DNA from: Antedon mediterranea
Lineage: Eukaryota; Animalia; Echinodermata
NCBI RefSeq assembly: GCF_964355755.1
Contig: NC_092673.1
Span: 34,469,648 to 34,533,647, forward strand
DNA: 64,000 bases
Direction of reading: 5' to 3'
Shown here: positions 40,370 to 53,500 of the stretch, one piece after another
How positions within the stretch are numbered: the stretch's first letter is position 1
Layout of the letters: the number at the start of each line of letters is the position of its first letter
Position numbers and translations under genes: made by a program
Notes under the pieces: generated by a model
Seen by the model: the letters and a program-made list of their open reading frames with translations, nothing else
What the model was told of the DNA's origin: nothing
The model's database searches: none

Positions 40370-41220
40370 GTTATGGAAATTTAGCACCGGTGACAAGATG
40401 GGGTCGAGGATTCTGTATGATTTACGCCGTCTTTGGTATCGCATTGCTGCTGTTGGTTTTAGCAAGCATAGGTTCGCTACTCGCTAAGGGTGCTACAATG
40501 TCCTATCGATACTTTAAAGTGTTCTTAAAGAAAGATGGAAGTGGTGATAAAAAAAGAGAAAAGGAGTTTGTACGAGAAGTGCCTAAATCCCAACTTGAGG
40601 GTACATCGCGTAACGCTGTTGTTGAGGACAATAACGGCATGGTGGTGACGCGTCTGGAATCGGAGACTAATAATAAAGATCGACCTATCTCTCCATTCTT
40701 TGATCCACATGTGGATTATGGCAGGTCGATTGATCCTGAAGATCCAACTAAGCTAACCCAGATTTCGCTTGAGGAACCTAAATCAGACGGGGAAGAACGA
40801 ATAAAGACTCCTGATATTCAAGGAGTAGAAGAAGGTGAAGAGAAAAAACACAGCAGTCTTGATGAACTATTTGGCGACGAAGACGAAGCAGGAACAAATA
40901 TTCCGCTGACAGCCATATTGCTGTTTGCCTTTATATACATGTGCCTTCTAGCAGGGCTTCTTACAGTCTGGGAAGATTGGGACTACTTTGAAGCGTTGTA
41001 CTTCTCGTTCATAACTCTTACAACAATCGGCTTTGGCGATCTTGTACCGCAGCATCAGAAGAATCTGTTGGCCTGTGTTTTTCTGATAATGGTCGGAATG
41101 GCAGTCATGTCCATGTGCATCGCTCTAGCCCAGGAAGAGATTATGTCGAAAGTGCGCCAGATCGGTAAACTTATCGGGGTTATTATCACAAAACGTAGAG
41201 AATCAAAACGCAAAAAGTGA
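40370..41220 (+). CDS. K2P locus 2, shared downstream coding exon (GYG, M2, long loop, M3, P2, M4)
   Basis: Acceptor TTTTATTCTTGCAG|GT gives TIGYGNLAPVTRWGR; P2 YFSFITLTTIGFGDLVP; stop TGA ending at 41220; AATAAA at 41571. Confidence 0.93.
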
Positions 41221-41987
41221 TGAAACTAAAACACCACATATTTTGTGTAAGAATATGTATGCGTCATTAGTTGACGAAATAATGATGATGATGAAACGTC
41301 GGTGGTTTCTAAACGGATTTCATCCACAAATTATTCTCGCATTCATTCGAAAGTAGGCCAGCTTTAAAAAAGAAAATACGGTTGGCGATAGAAAAAAAAT
41401 GGTTGGTCACGCTGTAATGTAAGTTGTGATAACAATGTTTTATTCTGTAAAACACCTACTGTATTTAATAACGGGATAATAATTGTGGTACAAACACAAG
41501 TTGTTTAGGTCGACCAATAACGATGCGCGCATTTTGAATGGCTGGAAGTGTGCCACTGTTTTATTATGCAAATAAACGAGATTTTATGTAAATAAGCAGA
41601 TTGTCTGCATGATGTATCACATACTACATAAGCAAATCATAGAGGCGCTTTCCGTCACATGATTGTGCGCCACTTGTGTACGTTCAATGTTAAATCACGT
41701 GATTTTTGCGCCACTTTTGTATACGTTCAATGTTAAATCACGTGATTTTTTGCGCCACTTTTGTACGTTCAATGTTAAATTACGCACTATAATATGCAAA
41801 CAGGCTGCCTTATTATTTCACTGAGCTTTACTAGCATTTTACATATCGAGACAAGATCAACGTTGTTTGTACTACGTAATTAAGATATAATAGTAAGGTC
41901 AAATGTAAACAAGATGAGTTATTGATGTATTAAATATTTCCGTTGTGGAGATTATGAAAACGAAATACGTGATATATATGTAATATT

Positions 41988-42102
41988 TTTATATTATATT
42001 ATATCTTATTATATCTTTATTATATTATATCATATCTTATTATATCATATCATATCATATCATATCATATCATATCATATTATATTATATTATAATATAT
42101 TA
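41988..42102. repeat. (ATATC/ATATT)n microsatellite
   Basis: Pentamer runs visible directly. Confidence 0.85.
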
Positions 42103-42417
42103 TGCATGGGCGTATTAGCTCACATTGTCGATACAACATCATGCATAATAAACGAAATAAAATACTATATTTTGTTTTAAAAATACAGAAAATAATAATT
42201 ATTGTATCTTTTACCGTATATTATATACAAGATTGTTTGACCATTACAAGTCAACGGTATAACTAACAAGCAACTGTTGTATGCTAATTTCACAGTACAC
42301 ATGTATTGATTAGTTAACGGTTCAAATAATTATATTAAATGTTAATCTCAAGTGGTGTTTACGTAGTTATTACACTTGCTTTCTGATTGCGTTTTCTGTC
42401 TTGTTGAAGGGTGCCAC

Positions 42418-42560
42418 TTGGACGCAACGCAACAGCAGGTAAAGCTTGGTTCCAACTAGAACGAAACGCAAGGACGTAAACGCAACGCAAGCGTTTTGAC
42501 AAGCGACAGTTCGAATAATCCATTGCTTGTGATTGGTCAACTCATATATCTTGCGTCTAT
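42418..42560. mobile_element. MITE family A copy
   Basis: AAAGCTTGGTTCCAACTAGAACGAAACGCAAGGACGTAAACGCAACGCAAGCG closely matches the 4016 copy. Confidence 0.7.
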
Positions 42561-44241
42561 AACAAGACCGTAATAATAAAATGTGTCTACTTACGACATG
42601 GGCAATACAGTCTCTAAATGTGCAGTTCGAACTTGGTACACTGAAGAAATAAATAAGTAGAGGTTAGGCCTAAGCATCAATTTTTGTTTTAAACATGTTC
42701 GATTGTTGCAAAATATGGCAACATTTTACACTGAACTTCTGTCTAACTACGGTATCATTACAGGAATTGCCTTTGAAATTGAATTTAAATTTTTTTTCAA
42801 AAAATAAGCTCAATTATACAATACAAACAAGGTGTTTATACTGAAAAGAAAACCATTATTTTAATTCAGTAGGTCTAATGAGTTGGTTTAATATTTACGC
42901 ATACAATACAACAGTGTACCATCAATATATAAATAGTATCCACATTTACAAATATATTTATTATTAATCAATTATTTGAATAAATGCTGGCGTTATTTCA
43001 TTAAAATATTATTAATTAAGGCAAATGTGTTAACTAGCAAGTATATTTTGTACTTCAATAAAGTTGAACATAAACATTTCATTTTGTGTTGACTTGACCT
43101 TTTAGTGGTAATAATCCAAACTCTATGACGAAAATAAACATTATAAATGGTACATTTCGTGACAACGGCTAGCAGTGGCTATACGGAATACATTCTTTTT
43201 TTTAACGCTCTGATTTCGAAAATCAGTGCTTACGTCATCTGATACCATCTTAAATTGATTTTTAGAAACTAATTATTATGTTCAATGTATGGTTTTGGGG
43301 TTTTTTTTCAAGGGAAAAACGACTAAAAATAAGAGTAAACGTCACATGGTTTCCAGATTTAGAATAAAAATTAAACGACAAGGCAACTATTAGATTTTTT
43401 TAATGTGATAAGTTGTCTTTGATGATCCCTCACTTTCTTTGTTTTTACCTATCATTACAAATTAAGGTACAACCAGGACTAGACATAAACATTTTACACA
43501 TCATTCTCTCTTAACCAACTGACAAAAACGTTCCCATTTCTCACAAACAGTGCATTGATGTGCTAAAGAAGAAACTAATACTAACCTTTATGTAAAAAAA
43601 AATGTAACGACTGCGAATGTGGGAGTGCCACGAAATAGAAGATAATAATTGGTCAAACCAGCATTCTTCTACCAATTCGACTGGCATTCTTGGTTATGAA
43701 TATTCATCAATTCACCTGCAGATCCCTGGTCAGGGAAATACTTTATCAATGTGCAGCAAGAATGCATTTTAAACAACTTACAGAAGGAATTTGAACACAA
43801 CAAAAAGTATCTGCCCCCGGTGAGGCTCGAACTCACGACCTTCAGATTATGAGACTGACGCGCTGCCGACTGCGCCAAGGAGGCTGCTGAGTATACACAG
43901 AAAAGGCAAGAATAACTTTTTTACAGAAGGAATTTTACCACAACAAAATGGGAGTGCCCCCTGTGATGCTCAAACTCACGACCTTCAGATTATGACACTG
44001 ACGCACTGCCGACTGCTCCAAGGAGGCTGCTGAGTATACACAGAAAAGGTAAGCATAACTTTTTTACAAAAGGAATTTTAACACAACAAAATGGGAGGGG
44101 CCCCTGTGAGGCTCGAACTCACGACCTTCAGATTATGAGACTGACGCGCTGCCGACTGCGCCAAGGAGGCTGCTGAGTATACACAGAAAAGTCAAGCAGA
44201 ACTTTTTTACGAAAAGGAATTTTAACACAACAAAATGGGAG

Positions 44242-44314
44242 TGCCCCCTGTGAGGCTCGAACTCACGACCTTCAGATTATGAGACTGACGCGCTGCCGAC
44301 TGCGCCAAGGAGGC
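44242..44314 (-). tRNA. tRNA-Met: Representative canonical elongator tRNA-Met(CAU) copy
   Basis: All stems pair (G1-C72...U7-A66 with one U-G wobble), T-loop TTCGAGC, discriminator A73. Confidence 0.95.
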
Positions 44315-44526
44315 TGCTGAGTACACACAGAAAGGGCAAGCAGAACTTTTTACAGAAGGAATTTAAACGCAACAAAATGGGAGTGCCCCCTGTGAGGCTC
44401 GAACTAACGACCTTCAGATTATGAGACTGACGCGCTGCCGACTGCGCCAAGGAGGCTGCTGAGTATACACAGAAAAGGCAAGCATAACTTTTTTACAGAA
44501 GGAATTTTAACACAACAAAATGGGAG

Positions 44527-44599
44527 TGCCCCCTGTGATGCTCAAACTCACGACCTTCAGATTATTAGACTGACGCGCTGCCGACTGCTCCAAGGAAGC
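44527..44599 (-). pseudogene. tRNA-Met-derived copy with AAU anticodon and damaged B-box (first of 7)
   Basis: + strand GATTATTAGACT = anticodon loop CT-AAT-AA; T-arm GTGAG-TTTGAGC-ATCAC. Confidence 0.8.
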
Positions 44600-47500
44600 T
44601 GCTGAGTATACACAGAAAAGGCAAGCATAACTTTTTTACAAAAGGAATTTTAACACAACAAAATGGGAGTGCCCCCTGTGAGGCTCGAACTCACGACCTT
44701 CAGATTATGAGACTGACGCGCTCCCGACTGCGCCAAGGAGGCTGCTGAGTGTACACAGAAAAGTCAAGCAGAACTTTTTTACAAAAGGAATTTTAACACA
44801 ACAAAAATATCTGCCCCTGTGAGGCTCGAACTCACGACCTTCAGATTATGAGACCGACGCGCTGCCGACTGCGCCAAGGAGGCTGCTGAGTGTACACAGA
44901 AAGGGCAAGCAGAACTTTTTTACAAAAGGAATTTGAACACAACAAAATGGGAGTTCCCCCTGTGAGGCTCGAACTCACGTCCTTCAGATTATGAGACTGA
45001 CGCGCTGCCGACTGCGCCAAGGAGGCTGCTGAGTATACACAGAAAAGTCAAGCAGAACTTTTTTACGAAAAGGAATTTTAACACAACAAAATGGGAGTGC
45101 CCCCTGTGAGGCTCGAACTCACGACCTTCAGATTATGAGACTGACGCGCTGCCGACTGCGCCAAGGAGGCTGCTGAGTACACACAGAAAGGGCAAGCAGA
45201 ACTTTTTACAGAAGGAATTTAAACGCAACAAAATGGGAGTGCCCCCTGTGAGGCTCGAACTAACGACCTTCAGATTATGAGACTGACGCGCTGCCGACTG
45301 CGCCAAGGAGGCTGCTGAGTATACACAGAAAAGGCAAGCATAACTTTTTTACAGAAGGAATTTTAACACAACAAAATGGGAGTGCCCCCTGTGATGCTCA
45401 AACTCACGACCTTCAGATTATTAGACTGACGCGCTGCCGACTGCTCCAAGGAAGCTGCTGAGTATACACAGAAAAGGCAAGCATAACTTTTTTACAAAAG
45501 GAATTTTAACACAACAAAATGGGAGTGCCCCCTGTGAGGCTCGAACTCACGACCTTCAGATTATGAGACTGACGCGCTGCCGACTGCGCCAAGGAGGCTG
45601 CTGAGTGTACACAGAAAAGTCAAGCAGAACTTTTTTACAAAAGGAATTTTAACACAACAAAAATATCTGCCCCTGTGAGGCTCGAACTCACGACCTTCAG
45701 ATTATGAGACCGACGCGCTGCCGACTGCGCCAAGGAGGCTGCTGAGTGTACACAGAAAGGGCAAGCAGAACTTTTTTACAAAAGGAATTTGAACACAACA
45801 AAATGGGAGTTCCCCCTGTGAGGCTCGAACTCACGACCTTCAGATTATGAGACTGACGCGCTGCCGACTGCGCCAAGGAGGCTGCTGAGTATACATAGAA
45901 AAGGCAAGCATAACTTTTTTACAGAAGGAATTTTAACACAACAAAATGGGAGTGCACCCTGTGAGGCTCGAACTCACGACCTTCAGATTATGAGACTGAC
46001 GCGCTGCCGACTGCGCCAAGGAGGCTGCTGAGTATACACAGAAAAAAGGAAAGCATAACTTTCTTACAAAAGGAATTTTAACACAACAAAAATATCTGCC
46101 CCCTGTGAGGCTCGAACTCACGACCTTCAGATTATGAGACTGACGCGCTTCCGACTGCTCCAAGGAAGCTGCTGAGTATACACAGAAAAGGCAAGCATAA
46201 CTTTTTTACAAAAGGAATTTTAACACAAAAATGGGAGTGCCCCCTGTGAGGCTCGAACTCACGACCTTCAGATTATGAGACTGACGCGCTGCCGACTGCG
46301 CCAAGGAGGCTGCTGAGTGTACACAGAAAAGTCAAGCCGAACTTTTTTAAAAAAGGAATTTTAACACAACAAAAATATCTGCCCCTGTGAGGCTCCAACT
46401 CACGACCTTCAGATTATGAGACCGACGCGCTGCCGACTGCGCCAAGGAGGCTGCTGAGTGTACACAGAAAGGGCAAGCAGAACTTTTTTACAAAAGAAAT
46501 TTTAACACAAAAAAAATATCTGCCCCCTGTGAGGCTCGAACTCACGACCTTCAGATTATGGGACTGACGCGATGCTGACTGCGTCAAGGAGGCTGCTGAG
46601 TATACACAGAAAAAAGGCAACCATAACTTTCTTACAAAAGGAATTTAAACGCAACAAAATGGGAGTGCCCCCTGTGATGCTCGAACTCACGTCCTTCAGA
46701 TTATGAGACTGACGCGCTGCCGACTGCGCCAAGGAGGCTGCTGAGTGTACACAGAAAGGGCAAGCAGAACTTTTTTACAGAAGGAATTTGAACACAACAA
46801 AATGGGAGTGCCCCCTGTGAGGCTCGAACTCACGACCTTCAGATTATGAGACTGACGCGCTGCCGACTGCGCCAAGGAGGCTGCTGAGTATACAGAAAAA
46901 AGGCAACCATAACTTTCTTACAAAAGGAATATAAACGCAACAAAATGGGAGTGCCCCCTGTGATGCTCGAACTCACGTCCTTCAGATTATGAGACTGACG
47001 CGCTGCCGACTGCGCCAAGGAGGCTGCTGAGTGTACACAGAAAGGGCAAGCAGAACTTTTTTACAGAAGGAATTTGAACACAACAAAATGGGAGTGCCCC
47101 CTGTGAGGCTCGAACTCACGACCTTCAGATTATGAGACTGACGCGCTGCCGACTGCGCCAAGGAGGCTGCTGAGTATACACAGAAAAGGCAAGCATAACT
47201 TTTTTACAGAAGGAATTTTAACACAACAAAATGGGAGTGCCCCTTGTGATGCTCAAACTCACGACCTTCAGATTATTAGACTGACGCACTGCCGACTGCT
47301 CCAAGGAGGCTGCTGAGTAAACACAGAAAAGGCAAGCATAACTTTTTTACAAAAGGAATTTTAACACAACAAAATGGGAGTGCCCCCTGTGAGGCTCGAA
47401 CTCACGACCTTCAGATTATGAGACTGACGCGCTGCCGACTGCGCCGAGGAGGCTGCTGAGTGTACACAGAAAAGTCAAGCAGAACTTTTTTACAAAAGGA

Positions 47501-50500
47501 ATTTGAACACAACAAAAATATCTTCCCCCTGTGCGGCTCGAACTCACGACCTTCAGATTATGAGACTGACGCGCTACCGACTGCTCCAAGGAGGCTGCTG
47601 AGTGTACACAGAAAAGTCAAGCACAACTTTTTTACAAAAGGAATTTTAACACAACAAAAATATCTGCCCCCTGTGAGGCTCCAACTCACGACCTTCAGAT
47701 TATGAGACTGACGTGCTGCCGACTGCGCCAAGGAGGCTGCTGAGTATACACAGAAAAAAGGAAAGCATAACTTTTTTACAGAAGGAATTTTAACACAACA
47801 AAATGGGAGTGCCCCCTGTGAGGCTCGAACTCACGACCTTCAGATTATGAGACTGACGCGCTGCCGACTGCGCCAAGTAGGCTGCTGAGTATACACAGAA
47901 AAAAGGCAAGCAGAACTTTCTTACAAAAGGAATTTTAACATAACATAAATATCTGCCCCCTGTGAGGCTCGAACTCACGACCTTCAGATTATGAGACTGA
48001 CGCGCTGCCGACTGCGCCAAGGAGGCTGCTGAGTATACACAGAAACAAGGAAAGCATAACTTTCTTACAGAAGGAATTTTAACACAACAGAATGGGAGTG
48101 CCCCTTTGATGCTCAAACTCACGACCTTCAGATTATGAGACTGACGCGCTGCCGACTGCGCCAAGGAGGCTGCTGAGTATACACAGAAAGGGCAAGCAGA
48201 ACTTTTTACAGAAGGAATTTGAACACAACAAAAATATCTGCCCCCTGTGAGGCTCGAACTCACGACCTTCAGATTATGAGACTGACGCGCTGCCGACTGC
48301 GCCAAGGAGGCTGCTGAGTATACACAGAAAAGGCAAGCATAACTTTTTTACAGAAGGAATTTTAACACAACAAAATGGGAGTTCCCCCTGTGAGGCTCGA
48401 ACTCACGACCTTCAGATTATGAGACTGACGCGCTGCCGACTGCGCCAAGTAGGCTGCTGAGTATACACAGAAAAAAGGCAAGCAGAACTTTCTTACAAAA
48501 GGAATTTTAACATAACAAAAGTATCTGCCCCCTGTGAGGCTCGAACTCACGACCTTCAGATTATGAGACTGACGCGCTGCCGACTGCGCCAAGGAGGCTG
48601 CTGAGAATACACAGAAACAAGGAAAGCATAACTTTCTTACAGAAGGAATTTTAACACAACAGAATGGGAGTGCCCCTTTGATGCTCAAACTCACGACCTT
48701 CAGATTATGAGACTGACGCGCTACCGACTGCGCCAATAAGGCTGCTGAGTATACACAGAAAGGGCAAGCAGAACTTTTTACAGAAGAAATTTGAACACAA
48801 CAAAAATATCTGCCCCCTGTGAAGCTCGAACTCACGACCTTCAGATTATGAGACTGACGCGCTGCCGACTGCGCCAAGGAGGCTGCTGAGTATACACAGA
48901 AAAGGCAAGCATAACTTTTTTACAGAAGGAATTTTAACACAACAAAATGGGAGTGCCCCCTGTGATGCTCAAACTCACGACCTTCAGATTATTAGACTGA
49001 CGCGCTGCCGACTGCTCCAAGGAAGCTGCTGAGTATACACAGAAAAGGCAAGCATAACTTTTTTACAAAAGGAATTTTAACACAACAAAATGGGAGTGCC
49101 CCCTGTGAGGCTCGAACTCACGACCTTCAGATTATGAGACTGACGCGCTGCCGACTGCGCCAAGGAGGCTGCTGAGTGTACACAGAAAAGTCAAGCAGAA
49201 CTTTTTTACAAAAGGAATTTTAACACAACAAAAATATCTGCCCCTGTGAGGCTCGAACTCACGACCTTCAGATTATGAGACCGACGCGCTGCCGACTGCG
49301 CCAAGGAGGCTGCTGAGTGTACACAGAAAGGGCAAGCAGAACTTTTTTACAAAAGGAATTTGAACACAACAAAATGGGAGTTCCCCCTGTGAGGCTCGAA
49401 CTCACGACCTTCAGATTATGAGACTGACGCGCTGCCGACTGCGCCAAGGAGGCTGCTGAGTATACATAGAAAAGGCAAGCATAACTTTTTTACAGAAGGA
49501 ATTTTAACACAACAAAATGGGAGTGCCCCCTGTGAGGCTCGAACTCACGACCTTCAGATTATGAGACTGACGCGCTGCCGACTGCGCCAAGGAGGCTGCT
49601 GAGTATACACAGAAAAAAGGAAAGCAAAACTTTCTTACAAAAGGAATTTTAACACAACAAAAATATCTGCCCCCTGTGAGGCTCGAACTCACGACCTTCA
49701 GATTATGAGACTGACGCGCTTCCGACTGCTCCAAGGAAGCTGCTGAGTATACACAGAAAAGGCAAGCATAACTTTTTTACAAAAGGAATTTGAACACAAC
49801 AAAATGGGAGTTCCCCCTGTGAGGCTCGAACTCACGACCTTCAGATTATGAGACTGACGCGCTGCCGACTGCGCCAAGGAGGCTGCTGAGTATACATAGA
49901 AAAGGCAAGCATAACTTTTTTACAAAAGGAATTTTAACACAACAAAATGGGAGTGCCCCCTTTGAGGCTCGAACTCACGACCTTCAGATTATGAGACTGA
50001 CGCGCTGCCGACTGCGCCGAGGAGGCTGCTGAGTGTACACAGAAAAGTCAAGCAGAACTTTTTTACAAAAGGAATTTGAACACAACAAAAATATCTTCCC
50101 CCTGTGCGGCTCGAACTCACGACCTTCAGATTATGAGACTGACGCGCTACCGACTGCTCCAAGGAGGCTGCTGAGTGTACACAGAAAAGTCAAGCACAAC
50201 TTTTTTACAAAAGGAATTTTAACACAACAAAAATATCTGCCCCCTGTGAGGCTCCAACTCACGACCTTCAGATTATGAGACTGACGTGCTGCCGACTGCG
50301 CCAAGGAGGCTGCTGAGTATACACAGAAAAAAGGAAAGCATAACTTTTTTACAGAAGGAATTTTAACACAACAAAATGGGAGTGCCCCCTGTGAGGCTCG
50401 AACTCACGACCTTCAGATTATGAGACTGACGCGCTGCCGACTGCGCCAAGTAGGCTGCTGAGTATACACAGAAAAAAGGCAAGCAGAACTTTCTTACAAA

Positions 50501-53500
50501 AGGAATTTTAACATAACATAAATATCTGCCCCCTGTGAGGCTCGAACTCACGACCTTCAGATTATGAGACTGACGCGCTGCCGACTGCGCCAAGGAGGCT
50601 GCTGAGTATACACAGAAACAAGGAAAGCATAACTTTCTTACAGAAGGAATTTTAACACAACAGAATGGGAGTGCCCCTTTGATGCTCAAACTCACGACCT
50701 TCAGATTATGAGACTGACGCGCTGCCGACTGCGCCAAGGAGGCTGCTGAGTATACACAGAAAGGGCAAGCAGAACTTTTTACAGAAGGAATTTGAACACA
50801 ACAAAAATATCTGCCCCCTGTGAGGCTCGAACTCACGACCTTCAGATTATGAGACTGACGCGCTGCCGACTGCGCCAAGGAGGCTGCTGAGTATACACAG
50901 AAAAGGCAAGCATAACTTTTTTACAGAAGGAATTTTAACACAACAAAATGGGAGTTCCCCCTGTGAGGCTCGAACTCACGACCTTCAGATTATGAGACTG
51001 ACGCGCTGCCGACTGCGCCAAGTAGGCTGCTGAGTATACACAGAAAAAAGGCAAGCAGAACTTTCTTACAAAAGGAATTTTAACATAACAAAAGTATCTG
51101 CCCCCTGTGAGGCTCGAACTCACGACCTTCAGATTATGAGACTGACGCGCTGCCGACTGCGCCAAGGAGGCTGCTGAGTATACACAGAAACAAGGAAAGC
51201 ATAACTTTCTTACAGAAGGAATTTTAACACAACAGAATGGGAGTGCCCCTTTGATGCTCAAACTCACGACCTTCAGATTATGAGACTGACGCGCTACCGA
51301 CTGCGCCAATAAGGCTGCTGAGTATACACAGAAAGGGCAAGCAGAACTTTTTACAGAAGAAATTTGAACACAACAAAAATATCTGCCCCCTGTGAAGCTC
51401 GAACTCACGACCTTCAGATTATGAGACTGACGCGCTGCCGACTGCGCCAAGGAGGCTGCTGAGTATACACAGAAAAAAGGCAAGCAGAACTTTCTTACAA
51501 AAGGAATTTTAACATAACATAAATATCTGCCCCCTGTGAGGCTCGAACTCACGACCTTCAGATTATGAGACTGACGCGCTGCCGACTGCGCCAAGGAGGC
51601 TGCTGAGTATACACAGAAACAAGGAAAGCATAACTTTCTTACAGAAGGAATTTTAACACAACAGAATGGGAGTGCCCCTTTGATGCTCAAACTCACGACC
51701 TTCAGATTATGAGACTGACGCGCTGCCGACTGCGCCAAGGAGGCTGCTGAGTATACACAGAAAGGGCAAGCAGAACTTTTTACAGAAGGAATTTGAACAC
51801 AACAAAAATATCTGCCCCCTGTGAGGCTCGAACTCACGACCTTCAGATTATGAGACTGACGCGCTGCCGACTGCGCCAAGGAGGCTGCTGAGTATACACA
51901 GAAAAGGCAAGCATAACTTTTTTACAGAAGGAATTTTAACACAACAAAATGGGAGTTCCCCCTGTGAGGCTCGAACTCACGACCTTCAGATTATGAGACT
52001 GACGCGCTGCCGACTGCGCCAAGTAGGCTGCTGAGTATACACAGAAAAAAGGCAAGCAGAACTTTCTTACAAAAGGAATTTTAACATAACAAAAGTATCT
52101 GCCCCCTGTGAGGCTCGAACTCACGACCTTCAGATTATGAGACTGACGCGCTGCCGACTGCGCCAAGGAGGCTGCTGAGTATACACAGAAACAAGGAAAG
52201 CATAACTTTCTTACAGAAGGAATTTTAACACAACAGAATGGGAGTGCCCCTTTGATGCTCAAACTCACGACCTTCAGATTATGAGACTGACGCGCTACCG
52301 ACTGCGCCAATAAGGCTGCTGAGTATACACAGAAAGGGCAAGCAGAACTTTTTACAGAAGAAATTTGAACACAACAAAAATATCTGCCCCCTGTGAAGCT
52401 CGAACTCACGACCTTCAGATTATGAGACTGACGCGCTGCCGACTGCGCCAAGGAGGCTGCTGAGTATACACAGAAAAGGCAAGCATAACTTTTTTACAGA
52501 AGGAATTTTAACACAACAAAATGGGAGTGCCCCCTGTGATGCTCAAACTCACGACCTTCAGATTATTAGACTGACGCGCTGCCGACTGCTCCAAGGAAGC
52601 TGCTGAGTATACACAGAAAAGGCAAGCATAACTTTTTTACAAAAGGAATTTTAACACAACAAAATGGGAGTGCCCCCTGTGAGGCTCGAACTCACGACCT
52701 TCAGATTATGAGACTGACGCGCTGCCGACTGCGCCAAGGAGGCTGCTGAGTGTACACAGAAAAGTCAAGCAGAACTTTTTTACAAAAGGAATTTTAACAC
52801 AACAAAAATATCTGCCCCTGTGAGGCTCGAACTCACGACCTTCAGATTATGAGACCGACGCGCTGCCGACTGCGCCAAGGAGGCTGCTGAGTGTACACAG
52901 AAAGGGCAAGCAGAACTTTTTTACAAAAGGAATTTGAACACAACAAAATGGGAGTTCCCCCTGTGAGGCTCGAACTCACGACCTTCAGATTATGAGACTG
53001 ACGCGCTGCCGACTGCGCCAAGGAGGCTGCTGAGTATACATAGAAAAGGCAAGCATAACTTTTTTACAGAAGGAATTTTAACACAACAAAATGGGAGTGC
53101 CCCCTGTGAGGCTCGAACTCACGACCTTCAGATTATGAGACTGACGCGCTGCCGACTGCGCCAAGGAGGCTGCTGAGTATACACAGAAAAAAGGAAAGCA
53201 AAACTTTCTTACAAAAGGAATTTTAACACAACAAAAATATCTGCCCCCTGTGAGGCTCGAACTCACGACCTTCAGATTATGAGACTGACGCGCTTCCGAC
53301 TGCTCCAAGGAAGCTGCTGAGTATACACAGAAAAGGCAAGCATAACTTTTTTACAAAAGGAATTTGAACACAACAAAATGGGAGTTCCCCCTGTGAGGCT
53401 CGAACTCACGACCTTCAGATTATGAGACTGACGCGCTGCCGACTGCGCCAAGGAGGCTGCTGAGTATACATAGAAAAGGCAAGCATAACTTTTTTACAGA

